From assembly GCA_965217185.1 (NCBI GenBank), contig OZ244252.1, positions 3,808,001-3,872,000 of the forward strand: a stretch of DNA of 64,000 nt. Direction: 5' to 3'. The translations under genes and the position numbers were made by a program. Under the pieces are notes generated by a model. It was not told the DNA's origin. It saw only the letters and a list, made by a program, of their open reading frames with translations, and made no database searches. Numbering within the stretch: the first letter of the stretch is position 1; every line of letters starts with the position of its first letter. This document shows positions 38,797 through 48,364 of this stretch, piece after piece. This DNA comes from an uncultured Candidatus Entotheonella sp. (GTDB lineage: Bacteria; Tectomicrobia; Entotheonellia; Entotheonellales; Entotheonellaceae).

Positions 38797-39704
38797 CAGG
38801 ACTGCAACTGGCCACACCGCGCGTTGAAAGCACGCCCCTCGTCCACAAGGTGCGCGACTATCTGGTGCTCGCCAAGCCGCGCGTCGTGGTCATGGTGATG
38901 GCGGTGACGGCAGTGGGCTATTACCTGGGGCTGCTTGGCGCCCCGGACTGGCTGCGCCTGCTGCACCTCATGCTGGGAACGGCCTTGGCGGCGGGCGGCA
39001 CCCTGGCCCTGAACGCCTATGTCGAGCGCACCGAGGACGCCTTGATGAATCGCACGGAATTGCGGCCCCTGCCGGACGGTCGGCTGGAACCGGGCTCTGC
39101 CCTGCGCTTTGGCCTTGCCGCCGTCCTGGGCGGTTGCGCCTATCTGTTGATCATGGTGCACCCACTTTGTGCCGCTCTCATCGCGCTTACCACTCTGATC
39201 TACCTGTTCGGCTACACGCCGCTCAAACGCAAGACCTCCCTCTGTACGCTCGTCGGCGCCATTCCCGGCGCCTTGCCGCCCGTGGTCGGATGGGCCGCGG
39301 CGCGCGGTACGCTGGTGGGCGAGGTCTGGATCCTGTTCGCCATCCTGTTTCTGTGGCAACTGCCCCATTCGCTGGCCATTGCCTGGTTGTACCGTGAGGA
39401 CTACACGCGCGCAGGGTTCCGTCTCCTGCCGGTGATTCACCCGGACGGCCGCAGCACGGGGCGCCACATCGTCATCAATAATCTGGCCCTCCTGGCCGTC
39501 GGCCTGCTGCCGACTCTGGTCGGCCTCGCCGGCACCGTTTACTTTGTCGCCGCCTTTGTCCTGGGTTTGGTTTTTCTGGGATTCGGTCTCGAGTTGGCGT
39601 TCGTTCGGACCACCGCCGCGGCGCGGCGCCTATTGCTGGCCTCGTTGGTGTATCTACCGGTGATGTTCTTGTTCATGGCACTCGATAAAGTGCCGCAGTT
39701 TTAG
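38793..39704 (+). CDS. ctaB: Heme O synthase (protoheme IX farnesyltransferase)
   Basis: KPRV, D..M.RT..RPLP.G, YTPLKR, LWQLPH. Confidence 0.95.
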   Translation: MTGLQLATPRVESTPLVHKVRDYLVLAKPRVVVMVMAVTAVGYYLGLLGAPDWLRLLHLMLGTALAAGGTLALNAYVERTEDALMNRTELRPLPDGRLEPGSALRFGLAAVLGGCAYLLIMVHPLCAALIALTTLIYLFGYTPLKRKTSLCTLVGAIPGALPPVVGWAAARGTLVGEVWILFAILFLWQLPHSLAIAWLYREDYTRAGFRLLPVIHPDGRSTGRHIVINNLALLAVGLLPTLVGLAGTVYFVAAFVLGLVFLGFGLELAFVRTTAAARRLLLASLVYLPVMFLFMALDKVPQF

Positions 39705-39715
39705 CAGGTAGCGAG

Positions 39716-39823
39716 ATGGCTTCCGACACGAAACGGCAACAGAATCGCTGGACGGCGGGTGCCTTGGTGCTGCTCCTGCTGGTGCTGTTTGGGGTGGCTT
39801 TCAGCCTGATGCTGTCGCGTTGA
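39716..39823 (+). CDS. 35-aa single-TM small protein
   Basis: MASDTKRQQNRWTAGALVLLLLVLFGVAFSLMLSR fills the gap in the operon. Confidence 0.55.
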   Translation: MASDTKRQQNRWTAGALVLLLLVLFGVAFSLMLSR

Positions 39824-39858
39824 TGTAAAGGGTGTTCATCGTGTCCGAAGGGGGAACG

Positions 39859-40566
39859 ATGGCCGAAGACATGTCCGCAACCGCCACGCTGGAGCCTGCG
39901 CTCGAAGAGCTTGAATCGGAAGTTCGCCCGCAGGGGCCGCCGCCGTTCTTTCCTGAGCCGCCCGGCGGCTCGGGGGGTGATGGCCGGTTTGGCGATGACG
40001 ACGATCACGCCGGTCCGCCGTTAAGCAATGCCTACCTGGGGCTGCTGATCTTCCTGGGCGCCGAGACGATGTTCTTTGCCGGGCTGATTGGCTCGTTCCT
40101 GGTGTTCCGGGTGGCTCACGAGGTGTGGCCGCCGGCAATGCTGCCGCGTTTGCCGGTGGGGGTTACGGGTATCAACACGCTGATTCTGCTGGCCAGCGTC
40201 CTGACGATGCGGCGGGCGAAAATCGCAATCCGCAGCGGTGGACAGCGCGAGTTGGTCCGCATGCTCTTGGTCACCGCGGTGCTGGGCATCACGTTTCTCC
40301 TCGTGCAGGGATACGAGTGGCTCCGGCTACTGCAGTACGGGTTGACCTTGGCGTCGGGCGTTTACGGCGCCACGTTTTACGTTCTGGTCGGGTGCCATGC
40401 CGTGCACGTGCTCGGCGCCGTCATCTGGCTGCTGAGCGTATTGTGGTGGGCCGCGCGGCGCCGTTACACGGCCAGGGGTTATACGGGTGTGGCGCTGTGC
40501 GCCATGTACTGGTATTACGTGGTGGCGTTATGGCCCATTCTTTACGGACTGGTTTACCTGTATTGA
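39859..40566 (+). CDS. Cytochrome c oxidase subunit III-like (copy 1)
   Basis: FLGAETMFF, NTLILL.S, FYVLVGCHAVHV, YWYYV. Confidence 0.9.
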   Translation: MAEDMSATATLEPALEELESEVRPQGPPPFFPEPPGGSGGDGRFGDDDDHAGPPLSNAYLGLLIFLGAETMFFAGLIGSFLVFRVAHEVWPPAMLPRLPVGVTGINTLILLASVLTMRRAKIAIRSGGQRELVRMLLVTAVLGITFLLVQGYEWLRLLQYGLTLASGVYGATFYVLVGCHAVHVLGAVIWLLSVLWWAARRRYTARGYTGVALCAMYWYYVVALWPILYGLVYLY

Positions 40567-40626
40567 TTGCAACGGTGGCGCTGGGGCCACCTGACATTCT
40601 CAGGGTAGGGAGATAGAAAATTGCAG

Positions 40627-40896
40627 ATGCGCCGGCCAGTCCAACGGGTTGTCGCGGCGATTGGGTTTGTGGCGGGATTGCTGCCGGCCGTGTCGCACGC
40701 CTGCAGCGTTTGCTGGGGAGCGGATGACGCCCTCGCGCACGGCCTGAACGTCAGCATTCTTTTTTTGATGTCGATGCCTTTCTTGATTGGCGGGTCGATT
40801 GTGGGCGTTCTGTTCGTCGCCCAGCGACAGCATAAGGGCCGGCGTCGGTCGATATTCGGAAGCCTCATCCCGATGCAGAAGGAGCGTATAAAGTGA
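40627..40896 (+). CDS. Small membrane protein with ACSVC motif
   Basis: Signal-like N-terminus, CxxC, one TM; coupled to the next gene. Confidence 0.7.
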   Translation: MRRPVQRVVAAIGFVAGLLPAVSHACSVCWGADDALAHGLNVSILFLMSMPFLIGGSIVGVLFVAQRQHKGRRRSIFGSLIPMQKERIK

Positions 40897-41504
40897 GTGA
40901 AGCGGTTGCGATGCATAACGAGTCTTATGAAACGCCTCTGACTCCCGAAAGTTGGGGCAAGCTCGGGATGTGGGTTTTTCTGGTTGGCGACGCGATGTCA
41001 TTCGGGACGCTGCTGGCGGCTTACGGTGCCATGCGCTACAGCAGTGGCGACTGGCCCATTCCGGCTGACGTTCTCGGCGTCACCTTGTCGGGTTTCATGA
41101 CCTTTCTGTTGATCTGCACCAGCGTGACGATGGTGAAGGGGTTGGAGGCAGCGCAGAAAAACGATCTCGACGGCTTCCTGCGTCACATCGGCCTCACCAT
41201 CCTGGGCGGCGCGGTCTTCCTGGGTTTGCAGGCTTATGAGTGGTCGCACTTCATCCACGGCGGCTTGGGATTTGTCGGCAATTCCTGGGGCTCGCCGCTG
41301 TTTGGCACCACGTTTTACGTCATCACGGGCTTCCACGGCATGCACGTGACCGGCGGTGTCATCTATCTGGCGTGCATCTGGTTCAAGGGCCGCAACGGCG
41401 CCTATTGCGGCGAAAATGCTTCACACGTCGAGATTGCCGGGCTGTACTGGCACTTTGTGGATTTGGTGTGGATCATGGTTTTTACCTTCATATACCTGTT
41501 GTAG
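40893..41504 (+). CDS. Cytochrome c oxidase subunit III-like (copy 2)
   Basis: KLGMWVFL, TGFHGMHV, GLYWHFVDLVWI. Confidence 0.93.
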   Translation: MSEAVAMHNESYETPLTPESWGKLGMWVFLVGDAMSFGTLLAAYGAMRYSSGDWPIPADVLGVTLSGFMTFLLICTSVTMVKGLEAAQKNDLDGFLRHIGLTILGGAVFLGLQAYEWSHFIHGGLGFVGNSWGSPLFGTTFYVITGFHGMHVTGGVIYLACIWFKGRNGAYCGENASHVEIAGLYWHFVDLVWIMVFTFIYLL

Positions 41505-41526
41505 AACGGAGGAGGAGAGCAACAGC

Positions 41527-41850
41527 ATGGCCGAGCACCATCGGGCAACTAACTACTGGGCGGTGTGGGTATGGTTAGCCGCTCTCACCGTTCTTGAAAT
41601 CGGCGTTACGCTGATTCCGGAACTCGCGACGCTTTACAAAGCCATTCTGCTGGTCGCCCTGGCGGTGGGCAAAGCGTTGTTGGTGGCGCTGTACTTCATG
41701 CACCTACGCTTTGAAACGCGTACCCTGGGGGCCATCGTGTTGACCCCCTTTGTGATCTGTGTGTTTCTCGTTTTTATGCTGATGCCCGATGTCGGTTTCG
41801 TGCCGCGCGAGTCGCCCATACGGGCGGAGCACGTGGAATCGGATCATTGA
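41527..41850 (+). CDS. Cytochrome c oxidase subunit IV-like
   Basis: LTVLE, KALLVALYFMHL.FE. Confidence 0.9.
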   Translation: MAEHHRATNYWAVWVWLAALTVLEIGVTLIPELATLYKAILLVALAVGKALLVALYFMHLRFETRTLGAIVLTPFVICVFLVFMLMPDVGFVPRESPIRAEHVESDH

Positions 41851-41887
41851 TGCCCTGGGACGACGGCATTGAGCCCGGGCGGGAAAG

Positions 41888-42322
41888 GTGGCGGACGGAT
41901 TCGTTATGGTCGCCCTATCGACTTGGCCGTTGTTGAACGCCGTCCTGAATGGCACCAGCGCCCTGCTCCTCAGCAGCGGTTTCGTCGCCATCCGTCGCCG
42001 CCGAATAGCGGTCCACAAGGCGTGCATGCTGACCGCCTGCGCGACGTCGGTTCTGTTTCTCGTGTCATACCTGCTGTATCACTATCAGGTCGGCTCCACG
42101 GCTTTTACCGGGCAGGGTACGATTCGGGTCGTGTACTTCACCGTGCTGATCTCGCACACCGTTCTCGCGGTGGTGATTGTGCCGCTGGTCGTCATGACGC
42201 TGTATCGGGCGTGGCGGGAGCAGTGGCCGCGTCATCGGCGGCTGGCGCGTTGGACGTTCCCCCTGTGGCTCTATGTATCCGTAACCGGTGTGGTCATCTA
42301 CATCATGTTGTATCAACTGTAA
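41888..42322 (+). CDS. DUF420 membrane protein
   Basis: NAVLN, HK..ML.A, LFLVSY, H..LARWT.PLWLYVS.TG. Confidence 0.9.
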   Translation: MADGFVMVALSTWPLLNAVLNGTSALLLSSGFVAIRRRRIAVHKACMLTACATSVLFLVSYLLYHYQVGSTAFTGQGTIRVVYFTVLISHTVLAVVIVPLVVMTLYRAWREQWPRHRRLARWTFPLWLYVSVTGVVIYIMLYQL

Positions 42323-42380
42323 GCGCCTCAAGTTCCCCCGTCCGCGCGCGGGGAAGTCGCATAAAAACCGGAGGGTAGGT

Positions 42381-42722
42381 ATGAGACGCCTTTGGAATCT
42401 CCTCGACGTTTTCTTCTTCGCTATTGTGATCCTGGCCTTGGCGATTTGGCAGTTCAAGCATGGCACCAGCGGCGAAATGGTCGTTTCCGTACTGGCGATT
42501 CTCGGCGGTATCGGCTTGCTGTTTACCGGTCGATGGGGTCTTGTGCTCACCTGCATCGCGCTTCTCTTGGCGATCGGGGTCTATTTTTGGCAGATGTGGT
42601 ACCAGCCGATCATTGAGGAAGACATCAATCTGGTGCTGCCGAACGTCTGGAAGATGCTCGTCGCCATCGTCCTGTTCATCTACATCGGCCGCGAACGTAT
42701 TGACCATCGCATGGCCTCGTAG
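42381..42722 (+). CDS. Hypothetical membrane protein
   Basis: 4 TM segments, upstream RBS. Confidence 0.7.
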   Translation: MRRLWNLLDVFFFAIVILALAIWQFKHGTSGEMVVSVLAILGGIGLLFTGRWGLVLTCIALLLAIGVYFWQMWYQPIIEEDINLVLPNVWKMLVAIVLFIYIGRERIDHRMAS

Positions 42723-42759
42723 GCGGGCCAGTGGTTGAGCGCCGGCAGGTTCCGGCTCG

Positions 42760-43131
42760 GTGGCCGGAATGACGTTGAAGCGGGCGCTGGGACTGCTGGG
42801 CCGCGGCCTGCGGTTGCGCTGCCCGCGCTGCGGCGCCAAGACGCTCTTCCGCAAAGGCTTCGCCATGCACGAGCGCTGCCGCGTCTGTGATTACCGCTTT
42901 GAGCGTGAGCAGGGCTACTACGTCGGGGCGATGTACATCAATTACGGCGTCACGGTGCTCATCATCGTGGCCGGCTACTTCGCCCTGGAATGGTGGACGC
43001 ATATTACCCTGGCCCAGCAACTTGCCCTGTGGTGCGGCGTCGGTATCCTCCTGCCCCTGGTCTTCTTCCGGCAAGCGCGTGGATTGTGGTTGGGATTCGA
43101 CTACATCTTCAATCCCGGCGAGGACGACTGA
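42760..43131 (+). CDS. DUF983-like zinc-finger membrane protein
   Basis: RCPRCG...C..C...ERE.GY..GAM. Confidence 0.8.
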   Translation: MAGMTLKRALGLLGRGLRLRCPRCGAKTLFRKGFAMHERCRVCDYRFEREQGYYVGAMYINYGVTVLIIVAGYFALEWWTHITLAQQLALWCGVGILLPLVFFRQARGLWLGFDYIFNPGEDD

Positions 43132-43152
43132 TCTGAAAGTACTGGAGCGGCC

Positions 43153-43683
43153 ATGTCCACGGGCGTCTTTGATCTGTTCGTGTCCTTCCGGGTGCTGATC
43201 CTTTTCCTTCACGTGCTGGCCGTGTTGACCTGGGTCGGGGGCCTGATCTACCAAGTCATCGTCGTCGCGCCGGTGGCTGGAAAAGGAATTGCCAGCATCG
43301 CCTCCTTGCGCATAGCCTTGGGCTGTGAGGCGCGCTTCCGTACCGTGATGTGGCCCGCGGTAGGCATTGCACTGTTCACCGGATTGGTGAACGTGATGAA
43401 CGTCTGGAACGGCCTGCGCCAGATTGGCGCCAGCCTTCCGGCTGCTTTCGCGTCGCTGCTGACCATTAAGTTGCTGCTGATCGCGGGCATGGTCGTCTTG
43501 CAGGCCGGCCAGCAGTTCGTGGTGTATCCCAAACGCCTGGATCTGGCGGCTCAGTTGGCGCCGGATGCGGTCGCGCTGCCGGCCGATCTGGTGGTCTGGC
43601 AACGGCGGGCATTCTGGCTGCACGCCGCCACGGTTTGTCTGGCCGTTCCGGCCATTTTGTGCGCCCTTCTGCTGCGCGGCTAG
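43153..43683 (+). CDS. CopD-like membrane protein
   Basis: LHVLA..TWVGG, LFTG..N, IKLLL. Confidence 0.6.
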   Translation: MSTGVFDLFVSFRVLILFLHVLAVLTWVGGLIYQVIVVAPVAGKGIASIASLRIALGCEARFRTVMWPAVGIALFTGLVNVMNVWNGLRQIGASLPAAFASLLTIKLLLIAGMVVLQAGQQFVVYPKRLDLAAQLAPDAVALPADLVVWQRRAFWLHAATVCLAVPAILCALLLRG

Positions 43684-43777
43684 GGCTTGTGGTGGGCGCC
43701 TTTCGGCTTGACGCAACCCGCGCGGGTTGCATAAAATGGCGCCGTTCTTTCAACCATTTACAACGCCAACCGAGTTT

Positions 43778-43796
43778 GCGTTACATGGGGTAACGC
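43778..43796. promoter_or_regulatory. Inverted repeat, possible regulator site
   Basis: GCGTTAC-N5-GTAACGC upstream of the cytochrome c-USP-Mrp unit; perfect palindrome GCAACCCGCGCGGGTTGC at 43713-43730. Confidence 0.35.
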
Positions 43797-43850
43797 GTGG
43801 CATTTGAGTGACCTGTCAGGGGTACAGGGAGGAAAGGAGAAGTAGGAATC

Positions 43851-44468
43851 ATGCGAGTGTTAGTGGGGCTTATCTGTCTTGGCTTGTTCGTTCTTCCGGC
43901 ATTGGCTGCCGATAAAATTGCCGAGCGGGTTGCCAAAATGGACATTTCAGAAGAACAACTGTTCGCAATCGGTGAGACGCTGTTCAATACCGAGGGCGCC
44001 AACACCTGCCTGAAGTGCCACGGCGCCGGCGGGCACGGCGGCGACCAGGTCGGGGCGGCCGACCTGCGGCATCCGCGCACGTGGCGCTCCTATCAGGCCC
44101 TCGGCGGCGACGAAGTTTTCAATGCCGACAAGGACGCCTTTCTTGCCAAAATGGCCACCGTCATCCACGTCCTCATCCGCGCGGGTGGTCCGACCTGGAA
44201 TCTGCGCTTCGCCAAGTCCCACAAGGATATCGAGATGGATTGGTCGAAGGTGACCATTCCCGACAAGGTCGACAAGTACAACAGCATGATGAAGGGCATC
44301 ACCTCCGGCCCGATGAAAAAGGCCCTGAAGGCCGTGGCCAAGCAGTTCGAGGCGGACAGCGGCACAAAGCTCAAATCCAAGGAGCGGAAGGACGTGGCGG
44401 CCGTGGCGGCATACCTGTACGTTCGCTCGTTCGATGACGGCAGCGACAAGGCCGGGGTGTTCAAATAA
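43851..44468 (+). CDS. Secreted monoheme cytochrome c
   Basis: Signal peptide, CLKCH. Confidence 0.85.
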   Translation: MRVLVGLICLGLFVLPALAADKIAERVAKMDISEEQLFAIGETLFNTEGANTCLKCHGAGGHGGDQVGAADLRHPRTWRSYQALGGDEVFNADKDAFLAKMATVIHVLIRAGGPTWNLRFAKSHKDIEMDWSKVTIPDKVDKYNSMMKGITSGPMKKALKAVAKQFEADSGTKLKSKERKDVAAVAAYLYVRSFDDGSDKAGVFK

Positions 44469-44530
44469 CGGCTCGTTGAGAAGCGTGTGCGAGGGCTTGG
44501 TTAGTTAGAGCTCAAACCGAAGGAGAGGCG

Positions 44531-46366
44531 ATGTTCAAGAAAATTTACGTGCCTGTTGATAATTCCGAATACGCGAATCACGCCATTGATCTCGCGCTGA
44601 CGCTTGCCAAGCCCTGGAATGCCACCCTCGTGGGCAGCCACGTCTACGCTGCCAAGATGCACGATTACCGCTTCAAGCAAATGGAGTACACGCTGCCGGA
44701 GGAGTACCAGGACGAGACCGAGTTGGAGCGCCAGCGCAAGATTCACGACTCGCTCATCACCCTGGGGCTGCGGTTGATCTCCGATTCCTACCTGGATGTC
44801 CTGAAGGCCCGCTGCGAAGAAGCGTCCCTGCCGTTTGAGGCCAAGACGTTCGACGGCAAGCACCACAAGGTCCTCGTGGACGACATCACCCAGAGCGACT
44901 ACGACCTGGTAGTGATGGGTGCCCTCGGCATTGGCGCCGTCAAGGAAAGCCAGCTCGGCAGCGTATGCGAGCGCGTCGTTCGGCGGGTGCAGCGCGACGT
45001 GCTGGTGGTCAAGAACTTCCAACCCCCTACCGCCGGCGACAAAATCCTCGTTGGCATTGATGGCAGCCCGCAGTCCTTTGGCGGCCTCAAGACGGCCATC
45101 GAGTTGAGCAAGACTTACAACAAGCCCATCGAGGCGATCTCCGTTTACGACCCCTTCCTGCACTATGTTGCGTTCAACGGCATCGTCGACGTGCTGTCGG
45201 AGCAGGCCTCCAAGGTCTTCCGCTTCAAAGAGCAGGAGCAGTTGCACGAGGAGATCATCGACACCGGCTTGGCCAAAATCTACCAGTCGCATCTGGAGGT
45301 GGCCCGCGACATCGCCCGGCAGGAAGGCGTTGACATCGAGTTGACGCTGCTGCCCGGCAAGGTGTTCGAGAAGGTGTTGCGGCATGCCCGCAAGACGCAG
45401 CCGTGGATGTTGATCCTCGGGCGCATCGGCATTCACAGCCAGCGCGACGAAATGGACCTCGGCAGCAACACCGAAAATCTCCTGCGGTTGGCCCCCTGCC
45501 ACGTCCTGCTCTCCAGCAGCGTGTACGTGCCGCCGTTGGATCAGCGGGCCGAGGAAAGCGTGAATTGGACGGACGAAGCCGAGGCCCGCATGGACCGCGT
45601 GCCGCCTCTCGTGAAGGGCATTGCCCGCACGGCCATCCTGCGGTTCGCCATGGAGGGCGGCAATTCGGTGGTCACGTCGGACATCATCGAACAGGCGATG
45701 GTTGCCTTCATGCCGGGATATACCGGCAAGATGATGGGCAAGGCGGCCAAGGTTCTGGCTATCGACAAGGTGCGGCAGGAATCCGCGCTGACCTACATCT
45801 GCTCGTCGTGCGGCTACACCGCCAAGTCGGCGAATCCGACGAAATGCCCGGTCTGCAGCGCTACCGCCGATCAGTTCCAGGTCATTGACCGTGAGGTGGT
45901 GGAGGCGATTGCCGAGGCCGAGGGGACGACCCTGGAAGAGGCCGCCTTCGACGGCAAGAAGCTGAAATGGTCGGCGGAAGCGCGTCGCGCCCTGCGCGAA
46001 GTGCCGGACGCCTATCTCAGGCGGCGTGCCAAGGCGCGCATCGAAAAGGCGGCCCGCATGCAGAAGCTGCCGACCATTACCCGCGACTTGGCCCTGCCGA
46101 TGATTGACGAGACGGTCGGCAGCGATCGCTTGGACGCCAACGGCGCCGCCGAACCGGGTGCGGGTGCGCCTGCGCAGGCTGACGGCAACGGACACCGGCC
46201 CGTGCCGCGTCCCTCGGAGCCGCTGCGTACCCAGCCGGGTGTTTCCGATAATCCCACGCTCAATTGGACCGATGACGACGGCAACCTGAACGAGGTTGGT
46301 GCCGGCCGTGTCATGGTCACCTCCATGCCCGCGCACGGCGAGGCGGATGCGGACGAGCAGGGCTGA
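44531..46366 (+). CDS. Tandem universal stress protein with PCP_red-like and rubredoxin-like domains
   Basis: KKIYVPVD.S, LGSV.ERV, KILVGIDGS, LGS.TE; W..EA...RVP x2; CSSC...CPVC. Confidence 0.85.
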   Translation: MFKKIYVPVDNSEYANHAIDLALTLAKPWNATLVGSHVYAAKMHDYRFKQMEYTLPEEYQDETELERQRKIHDSLITLGLRLISDSYLDVLKARCEEASLPFEAKTFDGKHHKVLVDDITQSDYDLVVMGALGIGAVKESQLGSVCERVVRRVQRDVLVVKNFQPPTAGDKILVGIDGSPQSFGGLKTAIELSKTYNKPIEAISVYDPFLHYVAFNGIVDVLSEQASKVFRFKEQEQLHEEIIDTGLAKIYQSHLEVARDIARQEGVDIELTLLPGKVFEKVLRHARKTQPWMLILGRIGIHSQRDEMDLGSNTENLLRLAPCHVLLSSSVYVPPLDQRAEESVNWTDEAEARMDRVPPLVKGIARTAILRFAMEGGNSVVTSDIIEQAMVAFMPGYTGKMMGKAAKVLAIDKVRQESALTYICSSCGYTAKSANPTKCPVCSATADQFQVIDREVVEAIAEAEGTTLEEAAFDGKKLKWSAEARRALREVPDAYLRRRAKARIEKAARMQKLPTITRDLALPMIDETVGSDRLDANGAAEPGAGAPAQADGNGHRPVPRPSEPLRTQPGVSDNPTLNWTDDDGNLNEVGAGRVMVTSMPAHGEADADEQG

Positions 46367-46387
46367 GCGTAGTTTTTATTGTCGTAT

Positions 46388-46406
46388 CCCCGGATCAAGT
46401 CCGGGG
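46388..46406. repeat. Short palindrome of a REP-like family
   Basis: CCCCGGA-TCAAG-TCCGGGG, intergenic. Confidence 0.5.
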
Positions 46407-46462
46407 CAAGCTCTGCGAGGGGCGCGGCAAGCCGTGCCCCTCGTTTTTCGTTTGGGGGTCCA

Positions 46463-47359
46463 ATGCCAAAACGCTACCGAGATATCGCCGGGGATGGCGG
46501 CTCGAACATCGCCGCGCAGGTGTCGGCGCAGGCCGAGCGACTCAAGGCCCGAATGGCCGGCGTGCGGCACGTCATCGCGGTGATGAGCGGCAAGGGCGGC
46601 GTGGGCAAGAGCGCCATCACCACCAACTTGGCGGCGTACTTCGCCAGGGAAGGCTGGCGCGTCGGAGTGGTTGACGCCGACATCAACGGACCCTCGATCG
46701 CCAAGATGCTCGGTGTGCGCGGCCATTCGCTCAACCTCGACGCCGGCGGCGTTTTCCCGGCCCTGGGCCCTCTCGATATCCGCGTGATATCCATGGACCT
46801 CTTCCTCAAGGAGGACCACACCCCCGTTGTGTGGGACGGCCCGCAAGCCGAAACCTTCGTCTGGCGGGGCACCATGGAAATGCACACCCTGCGCGAGTTT
46901 CTCACCGACGTGCATTGGGGCGAGCTGGACATTCTGCTCCTCGACCTGCCGCCGGGCACCGACCGCCTGGCTACCCTCAACGACCTTTTGCCCGATCTGC
47001 ACGGCAGCGTCGTCGTGACCATTCCGTCGGCGGTGTCCCAGTTGATCGTCTCGAAGTCGATCACCATGGCGCGCGATCTCCTGCGCACGCCCATCATCGG
47101 CCTGGTGGAAAACATGACGTCCTACGTCTGCCCCACCTGCGGCACCATGCACCCGCTGTTTGCCCCGGCCCCGCAGGCCGAGACGCTCGCCGGCGTGCCG
47201 CTGCTGGGCCGCGTGCCCTTCGACCCCCGCATGGCGCTGGCCGGCGACAAGGGGGTGCCGTTCATCCTCGAAGACGCCACGTCCCCGGCCGCCCAAGCCC
47301 TCGCGCAGGTGGGGGAGGGCGTCCTGAACTTTGTCAACTCCGGGAGTCCCGTATCATGA
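46463..47359 (+). CDS. mrp: Mrp/NBP35 Fe-S cluster carrier ATPase
   Basis: SGKGGVGKS, DADI.GPS, DLPPGT, ENM...CP.C. Confidence 0.93.
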   Translation: MPKRYRDIAGDGGSNIAAQVSAQAERLKARMAGVRHVIAVMSGKGGVGKSAITTNLAAYFAREGWRVGVVDADINGPSIAKMLGVRGHSLNLDAGGVFPALGPLDIRVISMDLFLKEDHTPVVWDGPQAETFVWRGTMEMHTLREFLTDVHWGELDILLLDLPPGTDRLATLNDLLPDLHGSVVVTIPSAVSQLIVSKSITMARDLLRTPIIGLVENMTSYVCPTCGTMHPLFAPAPQAETLAGVPLLGRVPFDPRMALAGDKGVPFILEDATSPAAQALAQVGEGVLNFVNSGSPVS

Positions 47360-47853
47360 AATTTGTCTGTATCGAGTGCGATGAGCCGATGAAGTTTGCC
47401 AAGAACGACGGCCTTGACGACGATGGCTCGCTGTCCGTGAACTTCATTTGTCCTAGTTGCGAGTGGGGCGTGACGCTCCTGACAAACCCGCAGGAAACGC
47501 AGATGGTGCGCTCGCTGGGTGTGAAGATCGGCGGCAGCGCCGTGCCGCCCAAGCCGATGGAGATGCTGCAAACGCATCTGGCCGGTCAGCGCTCCGCCCA
47601 GGAAGTGGCCGTACAGGAGCCCGCCAGCGGCTCGGCCTGCCCGTTTTCCGCCCTGGTGCAGGACGTTTATCAAGAGACTGAGGCGCCGGCCGCTCTGCTG
47701 TGGTCCGCAGAGGCGACCGAACGCCTGCAACGTGTGCCGGAATTCATTCGGCCCATGGCGCGGAAGGGAATCGAAACGTATGCCCGTGAGCAGGGCGTCA
47801 CCGAGATCACCCCGAATGTGATGGAAGCGGCCCGGGAACACATGGGCATGTAA
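47356..47853 (+). CDS. Zn/Fe-ribbon plus PCP_red-like protein
   Basis: CIEC...CPSC, CPF, WSAEA..RLQRVPEFIR.MAR..IE. Confidence 0.75.
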   Translation: MKFVCIECDEPMKFAKNDGLDDDGSLSVNFICPSCEWGVTLLTNPQETQMVRSLGVKIGGSAVPPKPMEMLQTHLAGQRSAQEVAVQEPASGSACPFSALVQDVYQETEAPAALLWSAEATERLQRVPEFIRPMARKGIETYAREQGVTEITPNVMEAAREHMGM

Positions 47854-47867
47854 AGGGGGAATTGGCG

Positions 47868-48323
47868 TTATTCCTTGTGCATGTATCCCAGCAGGCGGCG
47901 CATTGAGCGGTGGTATTCCTGTATGCTGCAACGGCTGCAAACTTGGTCTTTCTTCTCGATGCCCTTGTCGTTGGCGCGTGTCATATAGAGCCAATTGAAA
48001 TAGCCCTCGTCCACGTGGTAGAGCCGGTAGACCACGTCCACCCCCAGTATCTCCCGCACCTGCACCAGACAGTCGTCCTCGTTGCAGTTCGCCGCCAGCG
48101 CTTGAGCCTCGGCCTGCTGCACCTGCTCCTGCGGCAACAGGGTGTAGTATTTCGATAACGCCGCCCACAGACCGTCCGTCACGGCCTTCTTTTCCTCCGA
48201 GCCCACGCCCTTCATCAGAGTGGTCATCACCGCCGCGTTCGTCTTCTCCTCCGCCTGCGCAAAAGGCCCCGCCAGACTCGTCATCAGTACCATGCCACAG
48301 GCCAGTCCCAGCTTCCATCCCAT
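47868..48323 (-). CDS. Hypothetical exported protein
   Basis: Signal peptide, CxxxxC and CxxC. Confidence 0.65.
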   Translation of the reverse strand: MGWKLGLACGMVLMTSLAGPFAQAEEKTNAAVMTTLMKGVGSEEKKAVTDGLWAALSKYYTLLPQEQVQQAEAQALAANCNEDDCLVQVREILGVDVVYRLYHVDEGYFNWLYMTRANDKGIEKKDQVCSRCSIQEYHRSMRRLLGYMHKE

Positions 48324-48364
48324 TCGTTGTTTCTCCTTATTCAGTCAAAAACGGTTGCATTTAA

